Assembly (NCBI GenBank): GCA_964016885.1
Contig: OZ024741.1
Span: 278,194,001-278,258,000, forward strand
Length of the DNA stretch: 64,000 nt
DNA from: Eledone cirrhosa
Lineage: Eukaryota
Direction of reading: 5' to 3'
The notes below the pieces were generated by a model. That model was not told the origin of the DNA. It saw only the letters and a program-made list of their open reading frames with translations, and did not search any database. This document shows positions 12,444 through 25,775 of this stretch, piece after piece (position 1 is the first letter of the stretch; each line of letters begins with the position of its first letter). Both the position numbers and the translations under genes were made by a program.

Positions 12444-13823
12444 GTAAGTAGAAAGCCTCTGCTTTTTGAAATTTGATGGGGTTTTTTCTTGCTATATTGC
12501 TGTTTAACCTCCATTTCAATTCTGATAAAGTAGTGATTATCCTGTCTTTTTAGAGGTATCTAGGGCTACATCTGGTTAGAATGTCTCAGGAAAGAATCGC
12601 TGGACAGATTTTACAGGCAAAACCAACTGGCAGGAGACCCAAGGGTAGAGTCCGAGCAAGATGGATAACATCCAGGAGCTCAGCTGTTCTCGCTTGAGGA
12701 TCCAGCTAGATTAATTGGAGATGGTGGCTTCTGACAAGACCCGCTGGATGGAGTGTTTGAGAACTATGCCTCTATGACCCTCTCAGGAATAAGTGGATGA
12801 AGAACTCGGACTGCATTATCTAATGAGTCCTTCCTCTTTTAGGATGGTAGTGTTTGACTGGCTGCTATTTCTAGCAAGTAAAGCAACCATGTAGATGTTC
12901 CACCATTGGCTCATACTCTGTACCATCTAGAGTAGTGACGAGTGTCTTTGATAAGTGAGTTGTTTCCTGTATCTTATGTCCAGTTGTTTTGATAAGATAA
13001 AACTGAATATAGAATATAACAAGAACAATGAGAATGTTTAACATCAACAGGATGTATTGATAGTTATTTCTAATTTGCTGCAGATGCTGTGATCTGCCTA
13101 CATTAAACTCAAGCATAGATTCACATCAGAACACAAACTCACGATGATGAACCTCCATTGGTTTTTGACAGGTGTTCCAGATGTTTGATCAAAGGATTAA
13201 CACCTGACTGAGCATTCCACAGACACATCTATCCTGAATGTAATTCTCGGGGAGATTCAGCATGATAGTGGCCCTTTGAATTATAATACAGTCAATCCAT
13301 TGGGCTTCCAAACAGTTTCCATCTACCCAATTTCATTCACAAGGTATGGGTCGACCCATTGTTATGGTAAATAACACTGTACCATGATACCAAACTGTGG
13401 GATCTAACTCAGGATCTAATGATTGTAAAACAAACCCCTTAACAATTCAGCCATGCTAGTGCACACACACACACAACAACAACAATGACTTTTACAGGAT
13501 TATTAGCAGTACCAGTCCACTAGTATATAATAAACATATAATAAAAATTACATCATCATCATCGTTTAACGTCCATCTTCCACGATAGCATGGGTTGGAC
13601 GGTTTTGTCCCACTTGAGGCGAGATTAGTCGGGAGACCGTATCTCGTTCATACAGAACTGTTTCTGGCAGGTTTTCTATGGCTGGATGCCCTTCCTAACA
13701 CCAACCACATTTACAGTGTGGACTGGGTGCTTTTTGTTGTGTCACCTACACAACCACTTTACAGTGGATGGAAATGGGAGAATGGAGTAGGGAGCATAGG
13801 GTGGGGTGTATATATATATATAT

Positions 13824-14148
13824 TTGTGGTCCTGGTTATTCACGGAATTTTCCTTAGAACCTAACTAATAATTGTCCACGGAAACCACTGCATATTTGTG
13901 GAATCATAACTATCTTCCGTGATTTTTTAATTTACTTTTTTCATAACAATATATATATATTTTTAATGCTAGATTATTAATAACAAAATACCGTATTTGC
14001 CAGCTTATTGGATGCCCCTTTTTTATTATATTTTACGCTATATTTTGATATTCATAGACATTTTTATGGACCACATCCAATATTCGCGTTTTTTCACTCT
14101 TCGTAGGTGTCTAGGAATGTAACCTCCGTGAATACCAGGAGACAACTG
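13824..14148. mobile_element. Tc1/mariner-pogo(Tigger)-type MITE
   Basis: Right TIR ...CCGTGAATACCAGGAGACAACTG|TA with a degenerate left TIR; a similar TIR sits alone at ~21219-21252. Confidence 0.55.
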
Positions 14149-14149
14149 T

Positions 14150-15063
14150 ATCATCATCATCATCAACATTGTTTAACGTCTATCTTCCACGCTACCATGA
14201 GTTTAGACGGGAATTGTCCCACTTGTGGCAAGATAGGTTGGGTGACCGTGTCTCGCTCGTAGAGGACTGTCTGGCAGGTTTTCTACGGCTGGATGCCCTT
14301 CCTAATACCAACCACGTTTACAGTGTGGACTGGGAGGTTTTTACCGTGTTACCTACACGGTCACATTACAGCGTGGACTGTGAGTTTTTTGTTGTGACAC
14401 CTACACGACCTCATTTATTTTGGACTGGATGTTGTGGTACCAACATAACTTTACAGAGAAAAGGTGGTGTTGGTGGGAGTGGGAGAGTGGAGTAGGGGTA
14501 GTGGGATGAGGTGTATATTTGGTTAAGTGGTGCCTACTGACTGTAGGGTTCGCTTTGTACATAGGCAAGGTGGGTCTTCTGTATTACTGCGTGGCGCCAA
14601 AGATCTCAGTGCAGTGACATTGTCTTAGAGAGGTGCAAGGTTGGAATTTATCAAATCGTCCCAGGTTTTTCTGGGTCTACCTACTCCATAACTTCCATCA
14701 ATTTTGATCGCCCTGCACTTTTTTATACATCTGTCGTCTTTCATGCGCATCATGTGACCATACCAACGTAGTCTTCTCTCAAGTAAACAGCATCTGATCC
14801 CTCTTATTCCTAATTTCTCACTTAGTTCATTTATGTTTTGCCGTTCACGTATATTACTATTACACATCCAACGGAGCATGCATGCTTCGTTCCTCTCCAG
14901 TCTGCGCAGGTCCTCTGCACACAATGTCCATGTCTCACTGCCATGTAACATTGCTGTTTGTATACAGGCATCATACAATCTGCCTTTCGTTTTTAGAGAG
15001 AAACCTTTAGCGGCCAATAGTGGTATAAGCTCTCTGAACTTTTTCCATCCCGTTCTGACTCTT
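14150..15063 (-). mobile_element. 5'-truncated RTE family A-related copy
   Basis: ORF 14625-15017 is the RTE C-terminus; (CAT)n tail. Confidence 0.9.
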
Positions 15064-15224
15064 TCTCAGTATAATGTATATATTTAAATAATAATGAAAA
15101 TTGTGTACCCTGTTCAAGTACACTAAGTATAATGTTTATATACACAGTATAATGTATGTAATACAGTATAATGTACATATATATATATATATACAATATT
15201 AGTTATATATATATATATATATAT

Positions 15225-16252
15225 CATCATCATCATCATCATTGTTTAACGTCCATCTTCCACGCTTGCATGGGTTTGGACGGGAGGTTTCCCACTTGAG
15301 GCAAGATTTGTTGTCCTGCTCGTATAGGCCTGTCTGGCGGGTTTTCTACGGCTGGATGCCCTTCCTAACACCAACCACGTTTACAGTGTGGACTGGGAGG
15401 TTTTTACCGTGTTACCTACACGGCCACATTACAGTGTGGACTGTGTATTTTTTTTTTGTCGTGACACCTACACGACCTCATTTGTTTCGGACTGGATGTT
15501 GTGGTACCAACATAACTTCACATTTAAGGGGGTGGTGTGGATGGGGTGGGGGTAGTTGGGACGGGGGGGTATTTTGTTAGAGGTGTCTACTGACTGTAGG
15601 TTTCGCTTTGTACTTAGGCAAGGCGGGTCTTCTGTATGACTGTGTAGCGCCAAAGATCTCGGTCCAATGACATTGTCTTGGAGAGGTGTAAGTGTGTGAG
15701 GTCGGAATTTATCAAGTCGTCCCAGGTTTTTCTGGGTCTGCCTACTCCGTGGTTACTGTCTATTTTTATCGCCCTGCACTTTTTTATACAGCTGTCGTCT
15801 TTCATGCGCATCACGTGACCGTACCAACGTAGTCTTCTCTCGAGTAAACAACATCTGATCCCTCTTATTCCTAATTTCTCACTTAGTTCGTTTATGCTTT
15901 GTCGTTCACGTATATTACTATTACACATCCAGTGGAGCATGCAAGCTTCGTTTCTCTCCAGTCTGCGTATATCCTCTGCACACAATGCCCAGGTCTCACT
16001 GCCATGTAACATTGCTGTTCGTATGCAGGCATCATACAGCCTGCCTTTCATTTTTAGAGAGAACCCTTTAGCGGCCAATAGTGGTATAAGTTCGCTGAAC
16101 TTTTTCCATCCCGTTCTGACTCTATCTACTGTACTTTCAGAGCACCCTCCCCCACTGCTGATTTTGTAACGGAAGATGTCCACTATTTCTATAGTACCAT
16201 CTGTGCAATGGAATGAGCTAGTATTCTGTGGGCACTTGCTGCTACTTATTGC
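15225..16252 (-). mobile_element. 5'-truncated RTE family A copy
   Basis: ORF 15614-16306 ending KTRLA*; both ends abut (TA)n. Confidence 0.9.
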
Positions 16253-16361
16253 ACATATATATATATATAAGTAGAAGTTGTATTTAATTTGTTGGAAGTC
16301 CGACAAACATAAATGTTTATAACTGATTTAGAGCACTCAGCAAGCTACTGGAGTAAATATT

Positions 16362-16634
16362 CAATGATATTAAATAAATGGAAACTATATTTATAAAACC
16401 ATATTTATTTTATTATATATATTTCAAGGGCAACCAAGACAACATTGGTATGCTTTCATCAGATAAAATACAAAGTTTGTTTTATAAATAGATACATATC
16501 GATATGTATCTATTTATAAAACAAACTTTGTATTTTATCTGATGAAAGCGTACCAATGTTGTCTTGGTTGCCCTTGAAATATATATAATAAAATAAATAT
16601 GGTTTTATAAATATAGTTTCCATTTATTTAATAT

Positions 16635-16639
<5 letters not shown>
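16362..16639. repeat. 278-bp near-perfect palindrome (inverted PLE pLTR) with a hammerhead motif on each arm
   Basis: 139-bp arms, no spacer, centre 16500/16501, one mismatch seen; + strand motif 16531-16595: TATTTTAT-CTGATGA-stemII-GAAA-TATATA-TA-ATAAAATA. Confidence 0.85.
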
Positions 16640-16664
<25 letters not shown>

Positions 16665-16666
<2 letters not shown>

Positions 16667-17118
16667 AACGAAGGAAATGTGGAAAGGAACCAGATGGACC
16701 ATAACGCACCAAAGTACTCAATACTTAGGGCAGTAGAGTGGGTAATAGGAACAAGTAGGACCCCGACGGCCGAGCTCAAGCCGTTTCGACGGCTAATTCT
16801 ATACCTTCTTAACCTCCTACCCTTAGGATCCTGCTGTAGTTGGCACTATCAACGCACATCTGGGTTTCCTCCACTCCCTCTCCCTCTTTCTTCTACTGGC
16901 AAGTTCAGCTACCCCTTCCTTCCACAAATTGCCATGATAGAATTATGTGTCTCAACAACAAACTTTTGACCAATCCTTGTGACAATCACTTTTACCATAT
17001 ATGGAATTACCCCCTGAGAAGTTCGGCTGTTCATGTACCAGGATAAAAATTTCCATTTAGTCCAGAATTAGCCGTCAAAACGACTTGAGCTCAGCCGTCG
17101 GAGTCCTACTCGTTCCTA
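16665..17118. mobile_element. Inverted PLE pLTR remnant with hammerhead-like core; same family at 21008-21200 and 36322-36537
   Basis: GAAA-CGGCT-TGAGCTC-AGCCG-TC|GGGGTCC (stem III plus GUC site); ACCCC-CTGAGAA at 17009-17020; arms inverted; (TA)n flanks. Confidence 0.65.
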
Positions 17119-17246
17119 TATATATATATATATATATAATACTATATATATATGTATATATATGTACAGTATACTGTGTATATATACATTATACCTAGTG
17201 CACCTGAGCACGGTACACAATAATTTTCCTTATTATTTAAATACAA

Positions 17247-17440
17247 GGGCAGTGGATTGGCAGTATCGGTAGAGGGTCGGACGCCATGCTTTGCAGCAAA
17301 GAGTTACGGCCCTTTATGGTCTGAGTTCAAATCCCGCAGAGGTTAACTTTGCCTTTCATCCTTATGAGGTCGATAAAATAAAGTACCAGTAATGCACTGG
17401 GATAATTGTCGGCCTTGTGCCAAAAGTAGAAATAATTATT
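17247..17440 (+). mobile_element. tRNA-derived SINE family 2, near full length
   Basis: A-box-like TGGCAGTATCGG, B-box GAGTTCAAATCC, conserved GCCTTTCATCC...GGTCGATAAAATAAAGTACC domain. Confidence 0.8.
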
Positions 17441-17463
17441 ATTTAAATATATACATTATACTG

Positions 17464-17496
<33 letters not shown>

Positions 17497-17658
17497 TGTT
17501 TAACGCCCATCTTCCACGCTAGCAAGGGTTTGACGGTTTTGTTCCATGTGATGCGGGAATGGTCGGGAGACCATGCCTTGCTCACATGGAATCGTCTCTG
17601 GCAGGATTTTTATAGCTGGATGCCCTTCCTAAAACCAACCAACTGTATGTATGTGTAT

Positions 17659-17970
17659 CATCATCATCATTTCATTTTACATCCGCTTTTTCCTTGCTTG
17701 CAAGGGTGGGATGGGAACTGATTCTGGCTTGATTTCTACAGCTGGATGCCCTTCCTAACACCAACCTCATTTACAGTGAGTGCTGGGTGCTTTTTTGCCA
17801 TGGTACCTCCATGACCACTTTGCAGTGGAATGTTATGGACCCCAGTCCCTATCATCTCATTTCTACAGCTGAGTAAACTAGAGCAATGCGAAATAAAGTG
17901 TCTTGCTCAAGGAAACAACACATCACCCGGTCTGAGAATTGAACTCACAACCTTTTGATTGCAAGGCCGA
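17659..17970 (-). mobile_element. tRNA/CORE SINE family 1, 5'-truncated
   Basis: Reverse complement of 33699-34043. Confidence 0.85.
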
Positions 17971-18081
17971 CTATTTAGGGCGGCCGACTGAGGTAGAAGC
18001 TGCTAAATAGTTGGTCGTGCTCTTGTCTCTGATTTTCAGCCCCATGGATTTTATCTGTTATATTCCTTTGTTATATTTTGA

Positions 18082-18139
18082 ATACCTGATGATGTCACCA
18101 GATTCATACCGAACCCGGTCATTGAAATGATCATAGTAT
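18082..18139 (+). ncRNA. Minimal type I hammerhead motif (solo PLE pLTR)
   Basis: ATAC-CTGATGA-stemII-GAAA-TGATCA-TA-GTAT; palindromic stem III loop. Confidence 0.7.
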
Positions 18140-18183
18140 AATAAACCTTTCAAGGATTTACACCAGTCCAGCCTCCTGTTATT

Positions 18184-18273
<90 letters not shown>

Positions 18274-18349
18274 GTTAGAGAAGCTAAATACCTGGATAAA
18301 ATCCTTCTCTTAATGCTTACCTGTGTTTTCTCTTTTATACTATATATAC

Positions 18350-20950
18350 ATCAGAGGACGTGACAGATGGACGGTCGTAAACACAAAAGCTTTCCCTAGT
18401 GAGGAATGTACATCCCAACATAGCTGAAAGTCCCCTCAACCAGTAACAGATTTAAAGATATTTTACTCAATGCCTACGACAGTAAAGAAGAACAGATAGA
18501 GACATTTAATGTAGAAGAGAACTGGGAGTTCCTAAAAAATAATTTACTAGAGGCAACAGATGAGGTCTGTGGCTGGAGTAAGACCTCAAGCAGGAGGAGA
18601 GTGACTTGGTGGTGGAACAATATGGTAGATAAAGCAGTTAAGGCCAAGAGACAGGCATGGAAAGAATGGAAGAACGGGGGGGGGGGGCAGCAGGGTACAT
18701 TACATAGAGACCAAGAGGGAAGCTAGGCGACAAGTATACTTAGCTAGGAGGGAAGCAGAGGATAGACAATTCAAGCATGTTTTGCAACGTGAGGACCAGA
18801 AACAGGAGGTATTCAAGATTGCGAGGCAGTGTGTCAGAGATAGTTGTGATGTCATTGGAGAGAAGTGTATCCGGAATGCCCTCACAAGTGCTGAGAAGAA
18901 AGATGCATGGAAGAGTCATTATGATAGATTACTAAATGAGGAGAATGCATGGGAAGAAGAGACCCTACCCCAAGTAGACCCTATAGAGGGACCAGCAGTA
19001 CAAGTCAGCAGCAGAGTAGTAAGTAAGGCAATCAAAGATATGAAGATGGGGAAGGCAACCAGTCCATCGGGTATAGCTGCCGAGATGCTGAAGGCATCTG
19101 GGTCTGTAGGTCACACTATAACCACACGTATCATTAACCAGGTAAAACTAGAAGGTGCCATACCAAAAGATTGGTGCAGTAGCATCATTGTCAACTGCTA
19201 CAAAGGTAAAGGCGATGCACTAGATAGAGGAAACTATAGAGGTATAAAGTTGATGGATCAGGTCATGAAAGTAACAGAAAGAGTTATAGCACAGCTGATT
19301 AGGGACCGGGTGAAAATAGACGAGATGCAATTTGGGTTTGTACCAGGAAGAGGCACCACTGATGCCCTCTTCCTTGTGAGGCAATTACAGGAAAAGTACC
19401 TAGCTAAAAGTAAGCCACTCTACTTGGCATTTGTCGACCTTGAGAAAGCCTTTGACAGAGTTCCACGTGCTGTAATCTGGTGGGCTCTTAGAAAACTAGG
19501 AGTAGATGAATGGCTTGTGAAAGCGGTACACGCCATGTATAGGGGAGCAGTCAGCAAAGTTAGGATTAGCAATGAGAATAGCGAGGAATTTAGCGTACAG
19601 GTTGGGGTCCACCAGGGCTCTGTTCTTAGCCCTCTCCTGTTCATCATAGTCCTGCAGGCAATAACGGAGGAGTTTAAGATCGGATACCCATGGGAACTCC
19701 TGTATGCTGATGACCTCGCACTCATAGCTGAATCTATGGTAGAACTAGAGAATAAATTTCAAACTTGGAAGCCGGGACTAGAAAGAAAGGGTCTCAAAGT
19801 CAACATGACAAAGACTAAGGTCCTTGTAAGTAGACGAGAAAACAGAACCCAGATCCCCTCAGGGAAATGGCCTTGCTCAGTATGTAGGAAAGGTGTAGGT
19901 AGGAACTCCATTCTCTGCCCCAAATGCAAACAATGGGTACACAAGAGATGTAGCGGGATCTCAGGAAGCTTAATTAAGAATGTAGGATTCACATGCAGCA
20001 GCTGTGCTGAGACCGCAAGCAGCAAACAGCCACAGGAAACAAGTACCACCAATCTCTGGGAGGGCTCTGTAGAAACAGTAGACAGCTTCTGCTACCTAGG
20101 TGACCGAATTAGCAGCGGAGGTGGGTGTTCAGAAAGTACAGTAACTAGGGTAAGAACGGGATGGAAGAAGTTTAGGGAACTACTACCACTGCTAGCTGCA
20201 AAAGGCTTCTCCCTCAGAATGAAAGGCAGACTGTATGATGCGTGTATCCGAACAGCGATGTTGCATGGTAGTGAGACCTGGGCGCTGAAGGTGGAAGACT
20301 TACGTAGATTAGAGAGAAACGAAGCCTGCATGCTCCGATGGATGTGTAACAGTAATATAAGTGAACGACAAAGCATAAATGAATTGAGAGAGAGACTGAG
20401 CATAAGAGGAATCAAATGCTGTGTGCAGGAGAGGCGGTTGCGCTGGTATGGACATGTGATGCGTATGAAGGATGACAGCTGCATAAAAAGGTGCAGAGCA
20501 CTAGAAGTTGATGAAACCGCGGAGTGGGGAGACCCAAGATGACCTGGGATGAGGTGATAAAAGCCGACCATACCCAATTACACCTCTCAAAGGCAATGAC
20601 ACACGACCGTGACTTCTGGTGTCACGCAGTAATACAGAGTACCCGACCTCCCATGGGTACAAGCTGAAGCATATAGACAATATGCCTCCACACCTCCCAC
20701 CGCAAGGTGGTCGTGGAGGTGCCATGGCAAAAAAGCACCCAGCCCACACTGTAAAGTGGACGTGTAGGCGCCACGAAAAAGCACCCAGCACTCACTGTAA
20801 ATGAGGTTGGTGTTAGGAAGGGCATCCAGCTGTAGAAATCAAGCCAAATCAGTTCTTGTATGAGCAAGGCATGGTCAGCCGACCAGACACTGCCCACAAC
20901 AGGACAACCAGTCTAACCCATGCTAGCGTGGAAGAACGGACGTAAAACGG

Positions 20951-20990
<40 letters not shown>
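18350..20990 (+). mobile_element. RTE family B, long 5'-truncated copy (RT plus PHD-like finger), with deletion and frameshifts
   Basis: ORF 18782-20542: [23 protein letters not shown]; (GAT)n tail abutting (TA)n. Confidence 0.95.
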
Positions 20991-21513
20991 ATATATATAT
21001 ATATATGTAGGAACAAGTAGGACCCCGTCGGCTGAGCTCAAGTCGTTTCGACGGCTAATTCTGGACTAGAATTAGCTGTCGAAACTGCTGAGCTCAGCCG
21101 TCGGGGTCCTACTTGTTCCTATTACCCACTCCACTACCCTAAGTATTGAGTACTTTGGTGCGTTATGGTCCATCTGGTTCCTTACCACATTTCCTTTGTT
21201 TTATATATATATATATACACAGTTGTCCCCTGGTATTCGCAGAGGTTACATTATATATATATACAGTATAATGTATATAATGCAGTATAATGTATGTATA
21301 TATACATTATACTGCATATATATACATTACACTGTATACAGTAAAATATATATATACATATATATATACATTATACTGTATATAATACAGTATTCTGTAT
21401 ATATATACAATATACTGTATATTCATATACAATATCATGTGTATATATACAGTATGATGTATATAAATTGCAATGATACTTATGAAGTTGTTTACATTTC
21501 ATTGTTTTTCTAG

Positions 21514-21666
21514 ATTATTCAAGAAAACTTTATCAGTCTTGCTAACTTGGAAATAAATCGCCTTATGCACATAATCACCGATTCTAAGTTCCAGTTGGAA
21601 TTAACTCCAAATGCAACAGCTGAATGTGCCAAACATTTGACGTTTCTTGATGCAATACAAGAAAAT
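21514..21666 (+). CDS. DNAH6: DNAH6-like exon (IIQENFISLAN...LELTPNATAECAKHLTFLDAIQEN)
   Basis: ttctag acceptor and gtaagt donor; 153 nt, open, phase 0/0. Confidence 0.88.
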
Positions 21667-21954
21667 GTAAGTATTTTCATTATATCATGAATTTATTAGT
21701 ATTTTCTTTTATATTTCTACCTTTTAATATTTCAAAACTGATCTACCCTAGTGTATATTCCCAAATATAAGCTGACGCCACTATTTTATGACTGCGAAAT
21801 GGACCAAAATCCAAACCTTATTTTCAAAGAACTTGAAGTTGGTGAAAATCATCAAAATATTATAAGCTGATCCTCCCCCCTCCTACCATCGATTTTTTTT
21901 TGTCACATATTCTTTGGCTTATATTGAGTATGTATGGTAGTTGCTATATCTTTA

Positions 21955-23660
21955 TATAATAATAATAATAAAATTTTGTGTACAGTGCTCAGGTGCACTA
22001 CAACTCATCAAAGGTGCATGTATAGTACATAGAATAATGTACAAATGTCAGAAAAGTGAACAGTGTATGAGTCATGATATGCACACTGGTATATGCGTGC
22101 GTGTGTATGGAGGGGGAATAACAGGTATAGTGTTGGCGAATTTCAGGAAGCATGGAGGTTTTGAAGGATGCAGTGTGCTGGCAGCTAACAAATGATACAG
22201 GTAGTTTGTCCCATGCTTCAGCAACTCTGAGCGTGAAAAATGTTTCCAAAAGTCATGAGAGCTGTGCTGTTTTCTGACTTTGTAGGCATGCTCACAGGTG
22301 TTAGATACATGAAATTCAAAAAGGTGCTCAGATGATTAATAATTTTGTGGGTGTTTACCAAGTCAGTTGCCAGTGGTCGGTGCTTCAGTGTATCCATGCC
22401 CAGGGAAGCAAGACATTCAGAGTATGGTAGATGCCTGATGGAGGGTATTCGCTTGGTTGCACGTCTCTGAACAGTTTCCAGGAGGTCAATATTCTGAGCA
22501 AGATAGGCGTTCCAGACTTGTGTGGCCGCACCATAGCTATATACAACTTTAAATAGATAGCTGGAGAACGGCTGACAAAGGTCTTGCTGAGTGATGCTAA
22601 GACACCCTCGGTGTTCTTGACAATTTTAGTGATGTGCTTTGTCCAATGCAAATCGCTGCTGACAGTAATGCTCAGGTCACATTCACAAGAAGACTTCTTG
22701 AGATTAGTGTTGTGGAGGGAGTATGTGGACACTGGGTTTTTCCTCCCAAAATACATGGTGATACACTTGTCCACAGCCAACTTGAGTTGCCAGTCCGTGA
22801 TCCATTGCTGCATTGTGTCCAGGTCTGATTGCAGGAAAGATCTATAATGTTCAGGATCTGTCCTTTTTATCTCAAGGTACAGTTTGATGTCATCTGCATA
22901 TTTCAGCACTGTAGCATTCTTTAAGTTGGCATCTAAATCATTAATGTATGCAACAAACAAAAGGGGATCAAGAACAGATCCCTGTGGTACACCAGATGAC
23001 ATCTCATAGGGTGAAGAATGCTGTCCTAGAACTGTGACTACCTCATTTCGACTGGGAATGAAGGACTTCAACCAGTTATATAGATCATCTCTCACACCCA
23101 TTGCAGAGAGTTTTGCCATAAGTCTTTTGTGTGGCCCAGAATTGAAAGCTTTAGCAAAGTCAAGGTAAACAGCATCCACCCATGAGCTGCCATCAGTGAT
23201 CCGAGTGATGTCTTCAAGAAACTCGTTAAGTTGATCACAGCAAATCCAAATTGTGAGGACCGGATAAGGCTGTGAGAATTCTAGAAGTTCCAGAGTGTTT
23301 CTCTGACTCAGGATTCCATCAGTTTGGCGATGCAGCTAGTAAGACTGACTGGACGATAGTTGACAGGCGATGTGCAGTCACCCTTTTTGAACAGAGGAAT
23401 GACACTGACAGTTTTCCACTGCTCTGGAGTAACACCGTTGTTAAGACAGAATTGAAAGAAGTGTGAAAGCTGGTGCAGAAGAAAGTACCCACCACGTTTA
23501 AGAAGCAGATACATAACACCATCAAGACCAGGAGAGGCATAGTGGTGCTTATTCTTAAGGTGACGTCGCAGTATTGCAGGTGTAAATTCCATAGTTGTTA
23601 TAGAATTTGATGTCAGTGGTGGTGGAGATGGTATGTTTTGGTTTTCAACAGTAAAACATT
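21955..23660 (-). mobile_element. CR1/L2-group LINE, 5'-truncated and decayed
   Basis: NYRPVSLTS, YLDFAKAF, GVPQGSVL, YADD and FTLRVAEAWDKLP motifs; (TTA)n tail. Confidence 0.85.
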
Positions 23661-23928
23661 ATCTTATTATAATTTCTTTTGATTAAAGTTTATGATGTTT
23701 TAAGGCTATAATTTTTGCGGAATGGTGTAGTTTATTTAACTATTAACATTTTGTATCACATTAAACCACAGTAGTAAGACATTTAGGAAAAAGTATAAAA
23801 CCACATTAGTGAGACATTTAGGAAAACATACAAAACAGCAATATGACTATATTGTATTAAAAGTTAAAGTCATTACTCTAATACTGTAAATTTTCACAAT
23901 GATCTGTCTACTAGTAAAAATGCTTTAA

Positions 23929-24135
23929 CCCTTTAATGTTCAAACTGGCCAAAACCGGCCAGAATTCTCTACCTCTTTCTATTGAAACTGGCTATAACTG
24001 GCCACTCAAACTGATGTTAAGGTATTGTTCTCAAAATAAATACTTTCAAAATCTCATAGATTCGATATTATGTGAGATAAAGCCTTTACCATGAAAATAT
24101 AATAGTATATATAAAATAATGTGAATGCTAAAGGG
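23929..24135. mobile_element. piggyBac-type MITE
   Basis: TTAA|CCCTTTA ... TAAAGGG|TTAA; homologous to 5487-6154. Confidence 0.75.
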
Positions 24136-24346
24136 TTAAACATTTGAATTAACAAGCAATAACTACATTAACTACATTAACAAGACATTTATGAAAAGTA
24201 CAAAATAACACTATGACTGCACCATATTAAAAAGTAAAGCCTTTACTCTGATACGGAAAATTTTCACAATGATCTCTCTACTAGTAAAGATACTATAAAG
24301 ATATTATTTTTTCTAATGCATTTCTAATATTAACATTTTTGTTTAG

Positions 24347-24448
24347 GTTGAAAAATTGTCCTTTGAAATTCAAGGAATCAATCGAATGTATGACATCATA
24401 ATAGCGTATAATGTACCAATATCCACTGAAATTCTTGCAGTTTACCAG
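24347..24448 (+). CDS. DNAH6: DNAH6-like exon (VEKLSFEIQGINRMYDIIIAYNVPISTEILAVYQ)
   Basis: gtttag acceptor and gtaatc donor; 102 nt, open, phase 0/0. Confidence 0.85.
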
Positions 24449-25625
24449 GTAATCTCTATTACACACCCTTTTTTTTTCTCTCCAACTTACTTTATAATCA
24501 CATAGTTAAATACCGGGGCCTGACTGACCACTTTCTCTTAGCACTGGTATCCATCAAGATCCATTTTAAACCAGGCTGAGCCCAAAAGGGCTCTTATCTC
24601 CTGATGAAGTTGTAGGGGTTCTTTTCTGACACATAGCATGTTTAGAGTTTTTAAACCTGGCAGAGCCCATCCCTCTCCATGTTAAAACACAGCCGGTTTC
24701 TTCTAGAGAAAAGATTATTCTCAGTACTGGACTGGTATTTTGTTTATCGACTTCAAAAAGATGAAAGGCAAAGTTGATCATAGCAGGATTCGAACTCAGA
24801 GTACAGAGAGCCAAAACGAATGCTGAGGCATTTTTAATCTGCTACATTTATAACTCTACTAATTCAACCTCTTTTTTGATTGATTGAATCGATTAGCAAG
24901 GTCCCAGACCTCATTCACTTACCAAGTGGAGTGGAACTCGACAAATCAGATCAAGGAAACAATGTTTCCACTGGTCTTTCTATTGCTGGTACTATCTACC
25001 AGTTGCAACCCCTGGCACAAAGAACAACGTGAAATAAAGTGTCTTGCTCAAGGACATAATGCATTGCCCAGTCCAGGAATGAAACTCACAACCTCACAAT
25101 TCTAAATCCAATTTTCTAACAACTAAGCCTTTTTAGATAAATATAAATACTTTAAAACAAACAATTTTGTATCATAGAACCAAGGGGCGTTTCAAATGGT
25201 TTGGTATCAAAATGGATAAGGATGATTTGAAAGGTGGACAATTTTTTATTTACTCTTTCTTTCAATTAAAGAGGATAGGTTCCACCAGCTTTTAAAATGC
25301 CCATGAAATGCTGTCTGCCATTCCAACTCCACCAAAAATTCAGTGTCATTTTATTGTCACCGCCGCCGCTTTCTACTGCTGCTGCTGCTGGTGGTCCTGT
25401 CAGAAGCAACTGTCTTCAATTGATCCGGCTGGATCCCCAAGCAAGACCAGCCAAGCTCACGGATGTTATCTAACCATCTTACTCAGGGTCTACCTCTATG
25501 TCTCGTCCTGTGAGACATGGGATAGATGCACAAAGATTGTGTATTCAACATTTGTGTCAAAATTTTAAAGGTGTTTAAATGTTTAGCTGAGAACTCAGCG
25601 CCTCTCTTTTACTGCTCATTTCTAG

Positions 25626-25775
25626 ATTCTGGAACCATCCTTTGATGCTTTCCGAAATACTGTGGATAAAGCTTTATATGAAAGAGAACATTTTGTGAAC
25701 TGCTTGAAGAATTTCATTAATAAAGATATCAAAGAGTTAAAGAAAGAAGTGACAGAAATAAAGCAAGAAGCTATG
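25626..25775 (+). CDS. DNAH6: DNAH6-like exon (ILEPSFDAFRNTVDKALYERE...KEVTEIKQEAM)
   Basis: ttctag acceptor and gtaaat donor; 150 nt, open, phase 0/0. Confidence 0.88.

Noticed and set aside
18782-20542. Prokaryotic RT system (retron, DGR, group II intron)
   Set aside because: APE-RT architecture, 5' truncations, microsatellite tails and spliceosomal context identify RTE LINEs
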